Below are positions 29,178 to 38,931 of a DNA stretch of 57,858 nt, in pieces. The stretch comes from a virus (taxonomy: Duplodnaviria; Caudoviricetes): the IMG/VR virus record IMGVR_UViG_3300021197_001375, positions 1-57,858 of that record; one strand, written 5' to 3'. Position 1 is the first letter of the stretch. Each line of letters begins with the position of its first letter. A program made the translations under genes and the position numbers. The notes beneath the pieces were generated by a model. That model saw only the letters and a program-made list of their open reading frames with translations, made no database searches and had not been told where the DNA came from.

Positions 29178-30108
29178 TAATTACTCCATTTAAAAAAGTT
29201 GTCCACTGCATAGCTATTCTATTCCAGTTATAATAAATATGTGTGTATCTTGATTGAGAATCTAAATGATCTTGAATTTGTTTGTGATGAACACTTTTAG
29301 CTGCTTCTTCAATTCCAAAACCAAATTTTTGTGCAAGAGCTCTATTATTATTATCAAAAGGAATATACATTGGAAACTCTGCACCTGTTTCATATAAAGC
29401 TCCAAAATCGGTTGTTATACAATATAAACCAGCGGCCATACATTCAAGTAGAGATATACAAGATGTTTCTTCAAAAATACTTGGATAAACATACATATTA
29501 TAATTTTTTAAATTTTCTTTAATATAGTCATTTGATTTGTAACCAATATAATTTACGTTAGGTAGTTTCTCTGCTTGATTATAAAGTTCTTTATATTCAT
29601 GATCATTTTGGTCATAAAAATTTTTTCCATAAACTTCTGTTGAGGAATATACATCCAAAGTTATCAAAGGGTTTTTAACTAATTGCATAGCACCTAACAA
29701 AACAGATAGACCACGCCAAGGTGTATTTTGATGTATAATTTTTAAAGGTTGTCCTTCTTTATAAGCAGGGGCTTTTTCTATTTTATCAATACCATTTTTA
29801 ATGACTACACATCTATTTGTAGGAATATTAAAATGATATCTAAATTTTTCATACGTCCAATGTGAATTAAAAACATACCAATCATATTTATTATGATTAG
29901 CTGGATTAGAAAACCAAGGGGCTAAGTTTGGTTGATCATAAGAATTTTTTTGCCAAAGTATATTTGGCTTAGTTGAATGTAATGGTATTTTTTCTGGCAC
30001 CGAAGTACAAATCTGTACTTGATCTAATAATTTATTATCGACATGTTTTCTTAAATAGTCGAATTGTAATTCTGTTCCGCCTTTAGGGTTTTGGTTTTTT
30101 ATTATCAT
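29164..30108 (-). CDS. GT-B (GT4-like) glycosyltransferase
   Basis: GGTE, PWRGL, YPSIFEETSCISLLECMAAG. Confidence 0.85.
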   Translation of the reverse strand: MIIKNQNPKGGTELQFDYLRKHVDNKLLDQVQICTSVPEKIPLHSTKPNILWQKNSYDQPNLAPWFSNPANHNKYDWYVFNSHWTYEKFRYHFNIPTNRCVVIKNGIDKIEKAPAYKEGQPLKIIHQNTPWRGLSVLLGAMQLVKNPLITLDVYSSTEVYGKNFYDQNDHEYKELYNQAEKLPNVNYIGYKSNDYIKENLKNYNMYVYPSIFEETSCISLLECMAAGLYCITTDFGALYETGAEFPMYIPFDNNNRALAQKFGFGIEEAAKSVHHKQIQDHLDSQSRYTHIYYNWNRIAMQWTTFLNGVINAKS

Positions 30109-30274
30109 TCATCACTTTCTGGAAGACTTCTAAACCTTTATTAGTTACCTGTACAGTAACGTCTTGTACAATATCAGATCCTTCTTTCTTCTCTTTATAT
30201 GTTTCACCAGTTTTTGTATTTCTATATGTTACTATAGTTGTACAATCTATCTTTGTTAAATTATCCGTTTTCAT
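30083..30274 (-). CDS. Hypothetical protein
   Basis: 63-aa ORF in operon. Confidence 0.65.
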   Translation of the reverse strand: MKTDNLTKIDCTTIVTYRNTKTGETYKEKKEGSDIVQDVTVQVTNKGLEVFQKVMNDNKKPKP

Positions 30275-30611
30275 TCTCTCTATTTATTAAAGCATAACTT
30301 ATTAGGCCTTGTATTTTATTACTACCTGTAGCTGCTTGCACGGTTATAGCATCCCCTGCTTCTAAATTCAAGCCTTGAGGTGAAGCATTTATTTGAGTTT
30401 TAGCTGCTACGTCATCTCTAAAAAATTCATATTCAGTGCTTGAATCAGATGAGTCAACGAAATTCATATTTACTAAAATAGCTGATGATGCATCATTGTT
30501 TGCACAATATATACTTTTAACTATAATTGTTCCATCGGTAGGACAAGTAAGAACTGTAGCCTTGCTTGTATCACTTTGTTTAAAACCTTGATTTTTATAA
30601 AATATACTCAT
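30261..30611 (-). CDS. Beta-rich virion structural protein
   Basis: IVKSIYCAN...LNLEAGDAITVQA; structural context. Confidence 0.6.
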   Translation of the reverse strand: MSIFYKNQGFKQSDTSKATVLTCPTDGTIIVKSIYCANNDASSAILVNMNFVDSSDSSTEYEFFRDDVAAKTQINASPQGLNLEAGDAITVQAATGSNKIQGLISYALINRENENG

Positions 30612-30772
30612 GATAAAAAGTAATTAAATGTATCTAGTTCGTTTTTTAAATCTTTTTGAAAAGAAAAATTTAACTGATTTTGTAAAGTAGTCAAGGACTC
30701 TAATATCTGTCTTTGATTTTCTACATCATATTCTTGTTTTGGTTCAGGTATATAGTTTGTTATCTTTGCCAT
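30608..30772 (-). CDS. Small coiled-coil structural protein (54 aa)
   Basis: MAKITNYIPEPKQEYDVENQRQILESL...; start/stop coupled on both sides; not in ORF track. Confidence 0.7.
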   Translation of the reverse strand: MAKITNYIPEPKQEYDVENQRQILESLTTLQNQLNFSFQKDLKNELDTFNYFLS

Positions 30773-31329
30773 TATCTGTTTCTTCCAAAAGCTCTACCTG
30801 CTTCTTCATAAGAAGTTGATTTACCTGCAGGTGTTGAGAAACCTCCTTCACCCCCAGTAGCACCTTGTCCACTTGTTTCTTTAGCAAACTTTTCAAATTT
30901 ATCTTGAAATCTAGCTCTATTTTTTTCTCTCGATACTCTGTCAAAAAATTCAGCTAAAGTTTTAGATCTTCCAAAAGCTGTATTTTGTAATCCACTACTA
31001 AAGTTTTGTAGACCTTTTAATCCTCCTCCACCAATAAAAGATCCAACAGGACCCAATACAGAAAAAGGATTAAGAAGACTTAAAAGACCTCTGCCGTTAG
31101 TAATTTGTTTAGCTTTTTCTATGTCATCTTTATCATCTTCTTCATTAGCAACTCCATATAAAGGATCAATAGGTGGAAGACCAGCATCATCTAAAAACAT
31201 AGCAGCATAAGGGGTTGTAGTAATTCCTCCACCAATCATATTAGATATGTTAGACATGTTAGGTCTATTAAAAGGATTAATTTGATTTGATCGTAGTGAA
31301 GCAAATATTTCTAAATCATCTGGTTCCAT
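30772..31329 (-). CDS. Hypothetical low-complexity virion-associated protein
   Basis: 185 aa, Gly-rich, TAATG coupled. Confidence 0.6.
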   Translation of the reverse strand: MEPDDLEIFASLRSNQINPFNRPNMSNISNMIGGGITTTPYAAMFLDDAGLPPIDPLYGVANEEDDKDDIEKAKQITNGRGLLSLLNPFSVLGPVGSFIGGGGLKGLQNFSSGLQNTAFGRSKTLAEFFDRVSREKNRARFQDKFEKFAKETSGQGATGGEGGFSTPAGKSTSYEEAGRAFGRNR

Positions 31330-33293
31330 TATCTTCTACCGTCCGGTTGTGCATCAAGTCTTAGTGTTCCATATCTCCAGGTTTCACCTGTAGAATCATT
31401 TTCTATTTTAACAGAAACTAATCTGCCTCGAGCTCGTGTATCTACTTTATCAGTAGTTTTAGTAACTGTAAAGGGTCCAAGTGGAGAGCTCACAGCCACA
31501 TCGTCTGGATAAGAACTTACAAATAATGTAACTTTAGCATTACCCTCTTGATATTTAAAATCAGGTATAAATCTTCTTACAGCCATAAAAAACTCACCAT
31601 CTCCCCTGTAATCTGCAACACCTGTTTGTTGACCAAGAGCACTACGTCTAGATGTTATGTCCCAATCTCCAGATTTAATAAATGCAGGGATAGCTGTAGT
31701 TGCTGTACTATTAACTTGATCAGTTCCTTGTTCGTGTTCATAATAAATACTTGCTCCATATTTATTTGTAATTCCTAATATATCAGGAAATACAGGTGTT
31801 AATGTATCATCATAATCTGTTGCATATGGTTTATCAAACACACCTTGATCTTGATATGTAGTTCTATCTAATGATGAAGTTGTCCAAACATTTTCAGCAT
31901 AATTGTATGTTACGCATCTATCTATTTGATCGGATCCATCTTTTGGATAAAACCAATTTACTTCTGTGTATAAATTGTTTGGACCTGCAAAAATAACATC
32001 TCTTGAATCAAAGTTTAATCCTAAATTATCTCCGTCTGTGCTAAATACAAAATCTTCTACTAATGAAGGTAATGACTTAACTGTTCCATCATATGCAAAA
32101 AATCCACCTTGTGATCCCATCCAAAATACAGATCCATTAACAAAGGTTGCTGCGTGTTGACCAATACATCCACAATTTGTACCAACTTGTCTAACACTAA
32201 ATGTAAATGGTGGACCTACAAACTGTATAACATATGCAGCTAAATCAGTTATGACAAAAACATAATCTTTACCTTGAATAGCTGCTCGTATTTCATTACC
32301 TGTATCTAATCTAAATGTACCTGCAGTATTAGTTGATGTTGGTGTATATGTATTTAAATCTTCTTGATTAGAAAATCTTACAAACATTGGATCTTGTGTG
32401 GTAACATCTCCAATAGTTGTTTCAGTTCCAAAATGAAATAAATGTCTATCTCTATCGGATACTAATGTAAATCTAGTTTTTGTAGGATTAGCTGAAGTAG
32501 AAAAACCAGAAGTAGATTGTGAAGCTCGTATAGTTCTTGGATTTGTAGCTGCTGCATTCCATGTAAAAGTTTTCCCATTAAATATAGTTGCAACTAATAC
32601 TTGACCAAAGTTATCAAGACTCCAGTTTCCTGGATCCAGAGTCACGTCACTTGTAGCTCTAGCTGTTCCCCATGTAGATGCTCCCCATGTAGATGTACTC
32701 CAACCAAAACCTGTTGTTTGAGTCGTTGGTCCAACTTCAACATATGGATTAACAGTTGCAGCACCGGCTGCTGTCATACCTGATCCTCCTTCATTTCTAA
32801 CTGCTTGAACCGTAAACTTATCTATGTCAGGAACGGTTAATATTTCATAAACTTTTTCTAATTCTGAAGCGGTATAATCAGATGCTCCCGTAACTGTCAC
32901 ACTAGATAAAGTTACATATCTTCCAACAGCTAATCCATGTGATCCTTTATTTATTGTTAATGTATTAGAACCATTAACTGTAGTTAGTGTGCATCCTGTA
33001 ATAGCTGTATCTAATGGAGTAATGTCATAAAAATCATTACCATAATATATAAATAAACCTTGAGATGTTCCAATTGCAGTATATTTTTCCCCTGCAAAAC
33101 TAGTAAAACTTACTTGAGCTCTTGCAGCCCCTGGTAATGTTAAATTAGCTGCGGTTAATTGTAACCAACCCCCTATTTTTTCAGGCATTCCATATCTAAA
33201 TCTTACAAAATCACCATCAGTCCATTGACCCTCTGCCCCTGATTCGGTATCTTGTTTATTAAATCCTGGCTTGAATTTTAATTTTTGTAGCAT
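31329..33293 (-). CDS. Tail tubular/nozzle (head-closure) protein
   Basis: 654 aa beta-rich; VRFSNQED, C-terminal QPDGRR; podovirus tail context. Confidence 0.7.
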   Translation of the reverse strand: MLQKLKFKPGFNKQDTESGAEGQWTDGDFVRFRYGMPEKIGGWLQLTAANLTLPGAARAQVSFTSFAGEKYTAIGTSQGLFIYYGNDFYDITPLDTAITGCTLTTVNGSNTLTINKGSHGLAVGRYVTLSSVTVTGASDYTASELEKVYEILTVPDIDKFTVQAVRNEGGSGMTAAGAATVNPYVEVGPTTQTTGFGWSTSTWGASTWGTARATSDVTLDPGNWSLDNFGQVLVATIFNGKTFTWNAAATNPRTIRASQSTSGFSTSANPTKTRFTLVSDRDRHLFHFGTETTIGDVTTQDPMFVRFSNQEDLNTYTPTSTNTAGTFRLDTGNEIRAAIQGKDYVFVITDLAAYVIQFVGPPFTFSVRQVGTNCGCIGQHAATFVNGSVFWMGSQGGFFAYDGTVKSLPSLVEDFVFSTDGDNLGLNFDSRDVIFAGPNNLYTEVNWFYPKDGSDQIDRCVTYNYAENVWTTSSLDRTTYQDQGVFDKPYATDYDDTLTPVFPDILGITNKYGASIYYEHEQGTDQVNSTATTAIPAFIKSGDWDITSRRSALGQQTGVADYRGDGEFFMAVRRFIPDFKYQEGNAKVTLFVSSYPDDVAVSSPLGPFTVTKTTDKVDTRARGRLVSVKIENDSTGETWRYGTLRLDAQPDGRR

Positions 33294-33340
33294 ATAAATC
33301 GTTATATATTACTTATTTAAATTATGAAAGAGAGATTATA

Positions 33341-33946
33341 ATGGAAAAAACTGTAAATATCACTAACTTTATTGGCGTCTATGATGGTTATATTCCAGAG
33401 TCGGAATGTGATAAAGCTATAGAATTTTATGAAGAAGAAGATAAATTTAGAAACACTGTAAATAGAATTGATACAGAAAAATCTTCGGCCCTAGTAAAAC
33501 AAGATCAACAATATTTTGCTACTCGTAAAAATCTTGAAACATGGTGGGAAACTTTAAAACCTATGATGGTTAATTTTGATTTAGCTTGGAAACATTATAT
33601 AAAAAATACAGGTGCTGATGTATGTTATAACACTGATATAAATGGTGATAATTTTTTTTATACTACTTTAAAAATTCAAAAAACTTTACCTACAGAGGGT
33701 TATCATATTTGGCATATAGAACATGGAAAAGGATATACAAATGAACCAAGAGCTTTTGTATATTCAATATATTTAAATGATGTAGACGATGGAGGAGAAA
33801 CAGAGTTCTTACATTTTTCAAAAAGAGTAAAACCTAAAAAAGGTAGGATAGTTATATGGCCTGCTGGTTTTCCTTATGTTCATAGAGGTAATCCACCTTT
33901 AGCAGATAAAAAGTATATTTTAACGTCTTGGATGATGTGTAGATAA
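33341..33946 (+). CDS. 2OG-Fe(II) oxygenase (HxE type), inverted within tail module
   Basis: WHIE, YLNDVDDGGETEF, HRGNPP, KYILTSW. Confidence 0.9.
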   Translation: MEKTVNITNFIGVYDGYIPESECDKAIEFYEEEDKFRNTVNRIDTEKSSALVKQDQQYFATRKNLETWWETLKPMMVNFDLAWKHYIKNTGADVCYNTDINGDNFFYTTLKIQKTLPTEGYHIWHIEHGKGYTNEPRAFVYSIYLNDVDDGGETEFLHFSKRVKPKKGRIVIWPAGFPYVHRGNPPLADKKYILTSWMMCR

Positions 33947-34315
33947 TTAAGATGTGTAAGATGTAGGTCTTGCACCTAATCTAGCAATTTTATCAGCTTC
34001 AGATTCATCTTCAATATTATCATTGTCCCAATCAGATTGTAATTTTGTTAAATGAGCGCTATCCCATCTAGTAATAAAATCTTGAAAATCACCTAAGTTT
34101 GCATCTTCCCAAGTAGAGTGAGGAGTTTGATCTCTATATTCTACAGTATCACTAGGATTACCTGTTCCGTATTGAATAGCCCAAATGTTTGACCACTTAG
34201 CTAATCCCCAAAAATCATTATCAACAATTTTATATCCATTTCCAGCTCCATCACCGTTTTGTTTAATAACAAGCTTGTCTTCAAATACTACTGTCCATGC
34301 TGCGTTTGTTGCCAT
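33947..34315 (-). CDS. Tail fiber assembly-like protein
   Basis: Follows collar gene; IWAIQY motif. Confidence 0.55.
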   Translation of the reverse strand: MATNAAWTVVFEDKLVIKQNGDGAGNGYKIVDNDFWGLAKWSNIWAIQYGTGNPSDTVEYRDQTPHSTWEDANLGDFQDFITRWDSAHLTKLQSDWDNDNIEDESEADKIARLGARPTSYTS

Positions 34316-34323
34316 AATTTCTC

Positions 34324-34923
34324 CTATGTCTTAATAATATAAATAATTGTTAAATAAGGTTGAACAACAGAACTTGCTGTACCTGTAAATGTTGCACTCA
34401 TATTATGAGAGTGCCCTGTCCCTGTACCTGAATTGTTAGTAGTAACAGAATCATCATTAGTATAAGTTGTTGATGGTTGTGTCGGGCCTAAAAAAGCTCT
34501 TCTTGGTGCTCCATTAGGATTATGTGTACCTCTTAAAGGACCCCATGAGTGACTGTGTGAAGCAAGTTGTGCTTCTGTTAAAGTTGCATTAGCTGTTGAA
34601 CCTCCAACGTTTCCAGTTGCAGATACAGTATTTGCTCCACCTGTTGAAGCTAAAGCTTTTGTTCCAGATTTACCCATTGCAATGTTATCTTGCAAGTCAG
34701 GTAATTTAAAAGTAGATGAGCCATCTCCAGCTCCATAAGTTGTGCCTACGATTGCAAATAATGCAGCGTAAGTTGATCTTGAAACTAGTGCACCATTACA
34801 CTCTAAAAATCCTGTTGGTACAGATGAAGCAGACCACGGCACAATAGTTGCTGTAGGAATTCCTTCGATACCTGTAAGGTTTGCTCCTGAAAAATCGTAT
34901 TTAGTTGCTTCGTAATTTGCCAT
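34324..34923 (-). CDS. Tail collar domain protein
   Basis: PTGFLECNGALVSRSTYAALFAIVGTTYGAGDGSSTFKLPDL. Confidence 0.9.
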   Translation of the reverse strand: MANYEATKYDFSGANLTGIEGIPTATIVPWSASSVPTGFLECNGALVSRSTYAALFAIVGTTYGAGDGSSTFKLPDLQDNIAMGKSGTKALASTGGANTVSATGNVGGSTANATLTEAQLASHSHSWGPLRGTHNPNGAPRRAFLGPTQPSTTYTNDDSVTTNNSGTGTGHSHNMSATFTGTASSVVQPYLTIIYIIKT

Positions 34924-34924
34924 A

Positions 34925-35626
34925 TTATTTCTCCGTGTAAGTCCATCCTGTTGTAGCGTCACCTGAATATACTAATCCAAAAGCGGCACCTTGTGTATTA
35001 ACAGTTAAATCTGCTGCTGCATTAGCTATGTTAGAAGAGTTTCTACCAACAGTCAATGCGTTACTATTAAAATCATAACCTTGATCTACAAAATTTACAG
35101 TATCGCCCGTAGCTGGCGACGCAGGGAGTGTAATTGTTACTCCTCCACCATTTGTGTTTACTAAAAGTTGAGCACCAGCTTGCACTGTTTCAGCTGCTGA
35201 AACTACTCTCCAATTTCTTTGTTCAGATAATTTTACAATGTTTGTACCATCAGAATATAATACATAGTTATTTCCTTCACATAAAAGAACACCTGTACCT
35301 GATGAAGTTTTAAAAGTTAAAGTGTAACCTGCATGGTCACATGCATTCTGCACTTGATAAACTTTTTCAATTGAATCTGGAATAGATACCGTTCTGTTTG
35401 CTGCTAAAGTACCTGTTAATTTAATAACATCGTTTTTACCATTTGATAAAGCACCATTTGTAAAAGTTAAAGATCGGTTAGCATTAGTTAAGTTAAAAGT
35501 TGTAAAACCACCAATAGCTTGTTCTAAAATTAATAAGTTTGTATTTGTAATTTGACCCCAAGTTCCCGAGTTTTCACCGGTTGCTTGTACTGTGAGTTTT
35601 AAATTAGCAGATGTTGAATTCGCCAT
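34925..35626 (-). CDS. Tail fiber/tail-associated protein
   Basis: TGENSGTWG; ITLPASPATGD...LTVGRN. Confidence 0.7.
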   Translation of the reverse strand: MANSTSANLKLTVQATGENSGTWGQITNTNLLILEQAIGGFTTFNLTNANRSLTFTNGALSNGKNDVIKLTGTLAANRTVSIPDSIEKVYQVQNACDHAGYTLTFKTSSGTGVLLCEGNNYVLYSDGTNIVKLSEQRNWRVVSAAETVQAGAQLLVNTNGGGVTITLPASPATGDTVNFVDQGYDFNSNALTVGRNSSNIANAAADLTVNTQGAAFGLVYSGDATTGWTYTEK

Positions 35627-35647
35627 TTTTTAATTCCTTATACGTTC

Positions 35648-35676
35648 ATTTTATTAAAAATATGAGTTTCTGTCAA
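35648..35676 (-). promoter_or_regulatory. sigma70-type promoter for tail fiber genes
   Basis: TTGACA-N17-TAAAAT. Confidence 0.6.
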
Positions 35677-35681
35677 ACTCA

Positions 35682-36509
35682 TTATGCAGCCACCTCTGTC
35701 CATCCTGGAGGTGTTATAGGCGCTGAACCTGTATTAACTTCATTCCAAATTAAAGCACTACCAGATCCTTGGTTCATAGTCAAGCTTAGACCTGTAAGTT
35801 CAATATCTATATGAATTGCAACAGAAACTGAAGCTAATTGATTGTTTAATGAAAAACCTGTTGGTACAATATTTTGACCAGGAACACCTACAGCTGTACC
35901 TAAAGCAGCTGTCATTGCAATACCTGTTGGAGTTGCTCCAGCACCTGCTAAACCTAATACAGTTCCTATATTAGCAACCATTGCTTGACCAAGTGCATTT
36001 GCATCTGGTGCAGGATCTACATTACCTAAAGTTGCTTGTGCAACGTTTAAAGTATTAAGAGTTAAAATTGAATCTCCATTAATATTTGGAGATGTTATGG
36101 CAGCCGTCATTGCAATACCTGTTAAGTCTACATTTGCAAATTGACCTTCAACTCCCCATGCATTAACATTCCAACCTTGTCTACCCCAACCTGTTTGGTT
36201 AAATGCATCTATGGTTCCAAGACCCATAGACATTGCATTACCAGTTGCCATTGCATCAGGACCAGCGTCTGCTGTTCCTAAAGCTGAAGTCATTGCTATA
36301 CCTGTTGGAAATGCTTTTCCAACAATATCTAGAGTTACAGAACCAAGAGTAGTTGTTAATGGTAAACCAGTTGGTATTGGATTTGTATCAATGATAACAG
36401 TTTCATTTCCAAGAGCTGTAGTTAATGCTTGGCCCGTAACTGAAACATTAACGTCTCCTAAAAGACCCCAAGTTCCAAGACCCCAGGTTTGTTGACTCCA
36501 TCCCGCCAT
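35682..36509 (-). CDS. Repetitive fiber-like virion protein
   Basis: TGIAMTxAL/I repeats and WG..W clusters. Confidence 0.65.
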   Translation of the reverse strand: MAGWSQQTWGLGTWGLLGDVNVSVTGQALTTALGNETVIIDTNPIPTGLPLTTTLGSVTLDIVGKAFPTGIAMTSALGTADAGPDAMATGNAMSMGLGTIDAFNQTGWGRQGWNVNAWGVEGQFANVDLTGIAMTAAITSPNINGDSILTLNTLNVAQATLGNVDPAPDANALGQAMVANIGTVLGLAGAGATPTGIAMTAALGTAVGVPGQNIVPTGFSLNNQLASVSVAIHIDIELTGLSLTMNQGSGSALIWNEVNTGSAPITPPGWTEVAA

Positions 36510-36528
36510 AGGAGATTACCTCCTACGA

Positions 36529-36966
36529 TTAACCAGAGATCCTTAGAATCGCTGCTGTTGACGTATTAGCCGGAAACTGAATTGTAAAAACTCCAGATGT
36601 AGCTGTTTTATCTGCTCCAAAATCTAAAACTGCCACCGCTGAATTTGAGAACGATGTGTTATAGATTAAAGCACCTCTAGCAGTAATAGTAACGTTCGTA
36701 AACGATCTGTCTGCGAAGTCTACTCTTGCTACACCAGCTGTAATTGAAGTTGCGTTATTAACTAACTTTCCACCACCAGAAGTATATTGTCCCGAGTTTG
36801 GAACTTGGTTTCCAGTTGTGAAAGAAGTTGTAGCTGAGTTTAGAGTTGCTGAAGAAGTATAAAGAGCTATTTTAAAAATATCACCAGCTGGCGCCGCAGT
36901 AAAATCTTGGTCACCATCTAATAATTGCTTTTTAAAAGAGTTTGCAATTGCTTGTGTTATAGCCAT
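36529..36966 (-). CDS. Virion structural protein
   Basis: FKIALYTSSA...ITARGALIYN...LDFGADKTAT. Confidence 0.7.
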   Translation of the reverse strand: MAITQAIANSFKKQLLDGDQDFTAAPAGDIFKIALYTSSATLNSATTSFTTGNQVPNSGQYTSGGGKLVNNATSITAGVARVDFADRSFTNVTITARGALIYNTSFSNSAVAVLDFGADKTATSGVFTIQFPANTSTAAILRISG

Positions 36967-36977
36967 GTTATTTTCTC

Positions 36978-37628
36978 CTATTTTCCTATACGAGGAACAC
37001 CACTTTGATATTCATCTCGTCTTCTTCTTCCCATTTGTTCTATTGAGAAGCCTTCTACCGCTTGTTTATACCTTCCTTCGTATAATTGCAAGAGATCATT
37101 TGGCCCTTTTAAAAAACTAAAAGCCTCAACTAGGCATGCATACAAAAGTCCGTTGGGAAATTGCAGACTTAAATATGTAGTAGAAACTGTACTCGATAAT
37201 CCAGCAGGTTTCAAGATATAATTTAACTGAATTGTGTAAGTAGCATCTGGAGTAGGAGCCACAACTACCGTGTCTTCATCCCAGTTACTGTAATATTTAG
37301 GCACCCCTTGAGAGTTTAAATTATTAAATTCTGACATAAAACTTGTATCTCTATATTGTAAAAAATCTCTATTATCAGGATTAGCTGTTCCATCAGAATC
37401 TACGATTTGAGCCGATCTAATAACTAATAGATTATCAGGTGTATCTATAAATCTAGTTCCAGCTATTAAATTAGCATTCACATATCTTCTATTATTATCA
37501 GAGTCAACATCCCTTAAAATTCTAAATTCTGCATTCTCAATAAAACCATTTACGATAGTATCGGTTAGAACAGTTGAAGTAACTTCCGTATAATCTCTAA
37601 TTTTTTGTACTAATTCTGTGTAAGTCAT
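36978..37628 (-). CDS. Tail adaptor/tubular protein
   Basis: MTYTELVQKIRDY...APTPDATY...LLYACLVEA. Confidence 0.7.
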   Translation of the reverse strand: MTYTELVQKIRDYTEVTSTVLTDTIVNGFIENAEFRILRDVDSDNNRRYVNANLIAGTRFIDTPDNLLVIRSAQIVDSDGTANPDNRDFLQYRDTSFMSEFNNLNSQGVPKYYSNWDEDTVVVAPTPDATYTIQLNYILKPAGLSSTVSTTYLSLQFPNGLLYACLVEAFSFLKGPNDLLQLYEGRYKQAVEGFSIEQMGRRRRDEYQSGVPRIGK

Positions 37629-38395
37629 TATGTTATTTGTATCATACCTCCCATGCCTATGCCATGAATATAACATGCATAGTAATAAGTCCCTGCAACA
37701 GATGGAGTCCATTCTAGATATCTTTCACTTGCAGCATTAAAAGTTGTTGTGTTCGTATAATTTGATTCACTACTAGCCCCATCTAAATAATAAGAAACAT
37801 TTGAAGATACTATTCCACTTCTTAAAGTAGAAATGCTTGTTGAGTTAGAAGTTGTAATAAATAAAGGGTGATTATCATTACTACTATTATCTTGTGAAAA
37901 TTTAATTACAGTATCTTTAGGTATTGATAAACTCATATCTCTTGATGCATCAAGATAAAAAGCATTTCCTGTCCCACCTACAATATATAAAGTCCCTGTA
38001 GCTACAGTGACTGCATAGCTTACTGCAGAAACACCGGCTATAACTTGACCTAAAGATATTGAAGCTTCTCTTCTACTATTTATTTGTCCAGGATCTTCAG
38101 GAACCATACTACCACTACTTAAATCTTGAAATGCAAAATCACCTGGTAGTGTTAAATTAGCAACCATATTACCACCACCAATTTGATTAGTTGGAAAGTT
38201 TTGAGGTCTTGCTTGTTCTAAACCTTGTGGATCAGCTACAAAAGGTTTTGGCTCTAACTGTGGTTGCTTAGGTTCATATTCTGAAAGATGTACAAATGCA
38301 CCATTCCATTCTGTAACCATTTCTCTCCATGGAAATGCTTGACCACTTCTATCTGATATTGCTAGTGCGTATTTTCCTTTTGCAAATTTTGACAT
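37628..38395 (-). CDS. Structural protein with C-terminal cupredoxin-like motif
   Basis: AISDRSG N-domain; C-terminal YYYACYIHGIGMGG. Confidence 0.6.
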   Translation of the reverse strand: MSKFAKGKYALAISDRSGQAFPWREMVTEWNGAFVHLSEYEPKQPQLEPKPFVADPQGLEQARPQNFPTNQIGGGNMVANLTLPGDFAFQDLSSGSMVPEDPGQINSRREASISLGQVIAGVSAVSYAVTVATGTLYIVGGTGNAFYLDASRDMSLSIPKDTVIKFSQDNSSNDNHPLFITTSNSTSISTLRSGIVSSNVSYYLDGASSESNYTNTTTFNAASERYLEWTPSVAGTYYYACYIHGIGMGGMIQIT

Positions 38396-38931
38396 TACAT
38401 ATCTCCTACTTTTACAGGTAGTCTCTTATCTACATTAGTATTTCCTTCATTTAATTTTGCAAACTTTTCTAATCTTTCATTAATCCATTCGTTTTCATCT
38501 GCATTAGCTGTAGTTGGTTGTAATACCATTGTTATTGTAGCAACAGGTAAACTAGCTAAAAAACTTAATCCCTTTGTAGCTAATGGAGTTAAACTTCCAG
38601 CTCTTGCTAACATTGTTTGAAGTATATTTGTTTTTGCTTTACCAAGTGTTTTATCATCTAAAATTACTTGTGAATAATTTCCACCAAGTTCTTTATATTT
38701 TGACATTGGTATTTTTAAAGATTTCACTGTTCCTTTTAAATCTTTAATAAGTTTTCCTTGTGACATAGAACCCCCTTGAGCTATATGTTTAGCAAAGTTT
38801 TTGTCTGGTGTAAAAAACCTACCACTTCTTTCGCCAAAACCTTTAGACATTTTAGATCTTGAAGGAGCGTCTCCTCTAAATAATTCAATATCCCCTTCTC
38901 CTAAATCAATTAATTCTTCTATGCCTGCCAT
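38395..38931 (-). CDS. Hypothetical protein, possible ADP-ribosyltransferase-like fold
   Basis: ELFRGD...GRFFTPDKNFAKHIA. Confidence 0.45.
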   Translation of the reverse strand: MAGIEELIDLGEGDIELFRGDAPSRSKMSKGFGERSGRFFTPDKNFAKHIAQGGSMSQGKLIKDLKGTVKSLKIPMSKYKELGGNYSQVILDDKTLGKAKTNILQTMLARAGSLTPLATKGLSFLASLPVATITMVLQPTTANADENEWINERLEKFAKLNEGNTNVDKRLPVKVGDM

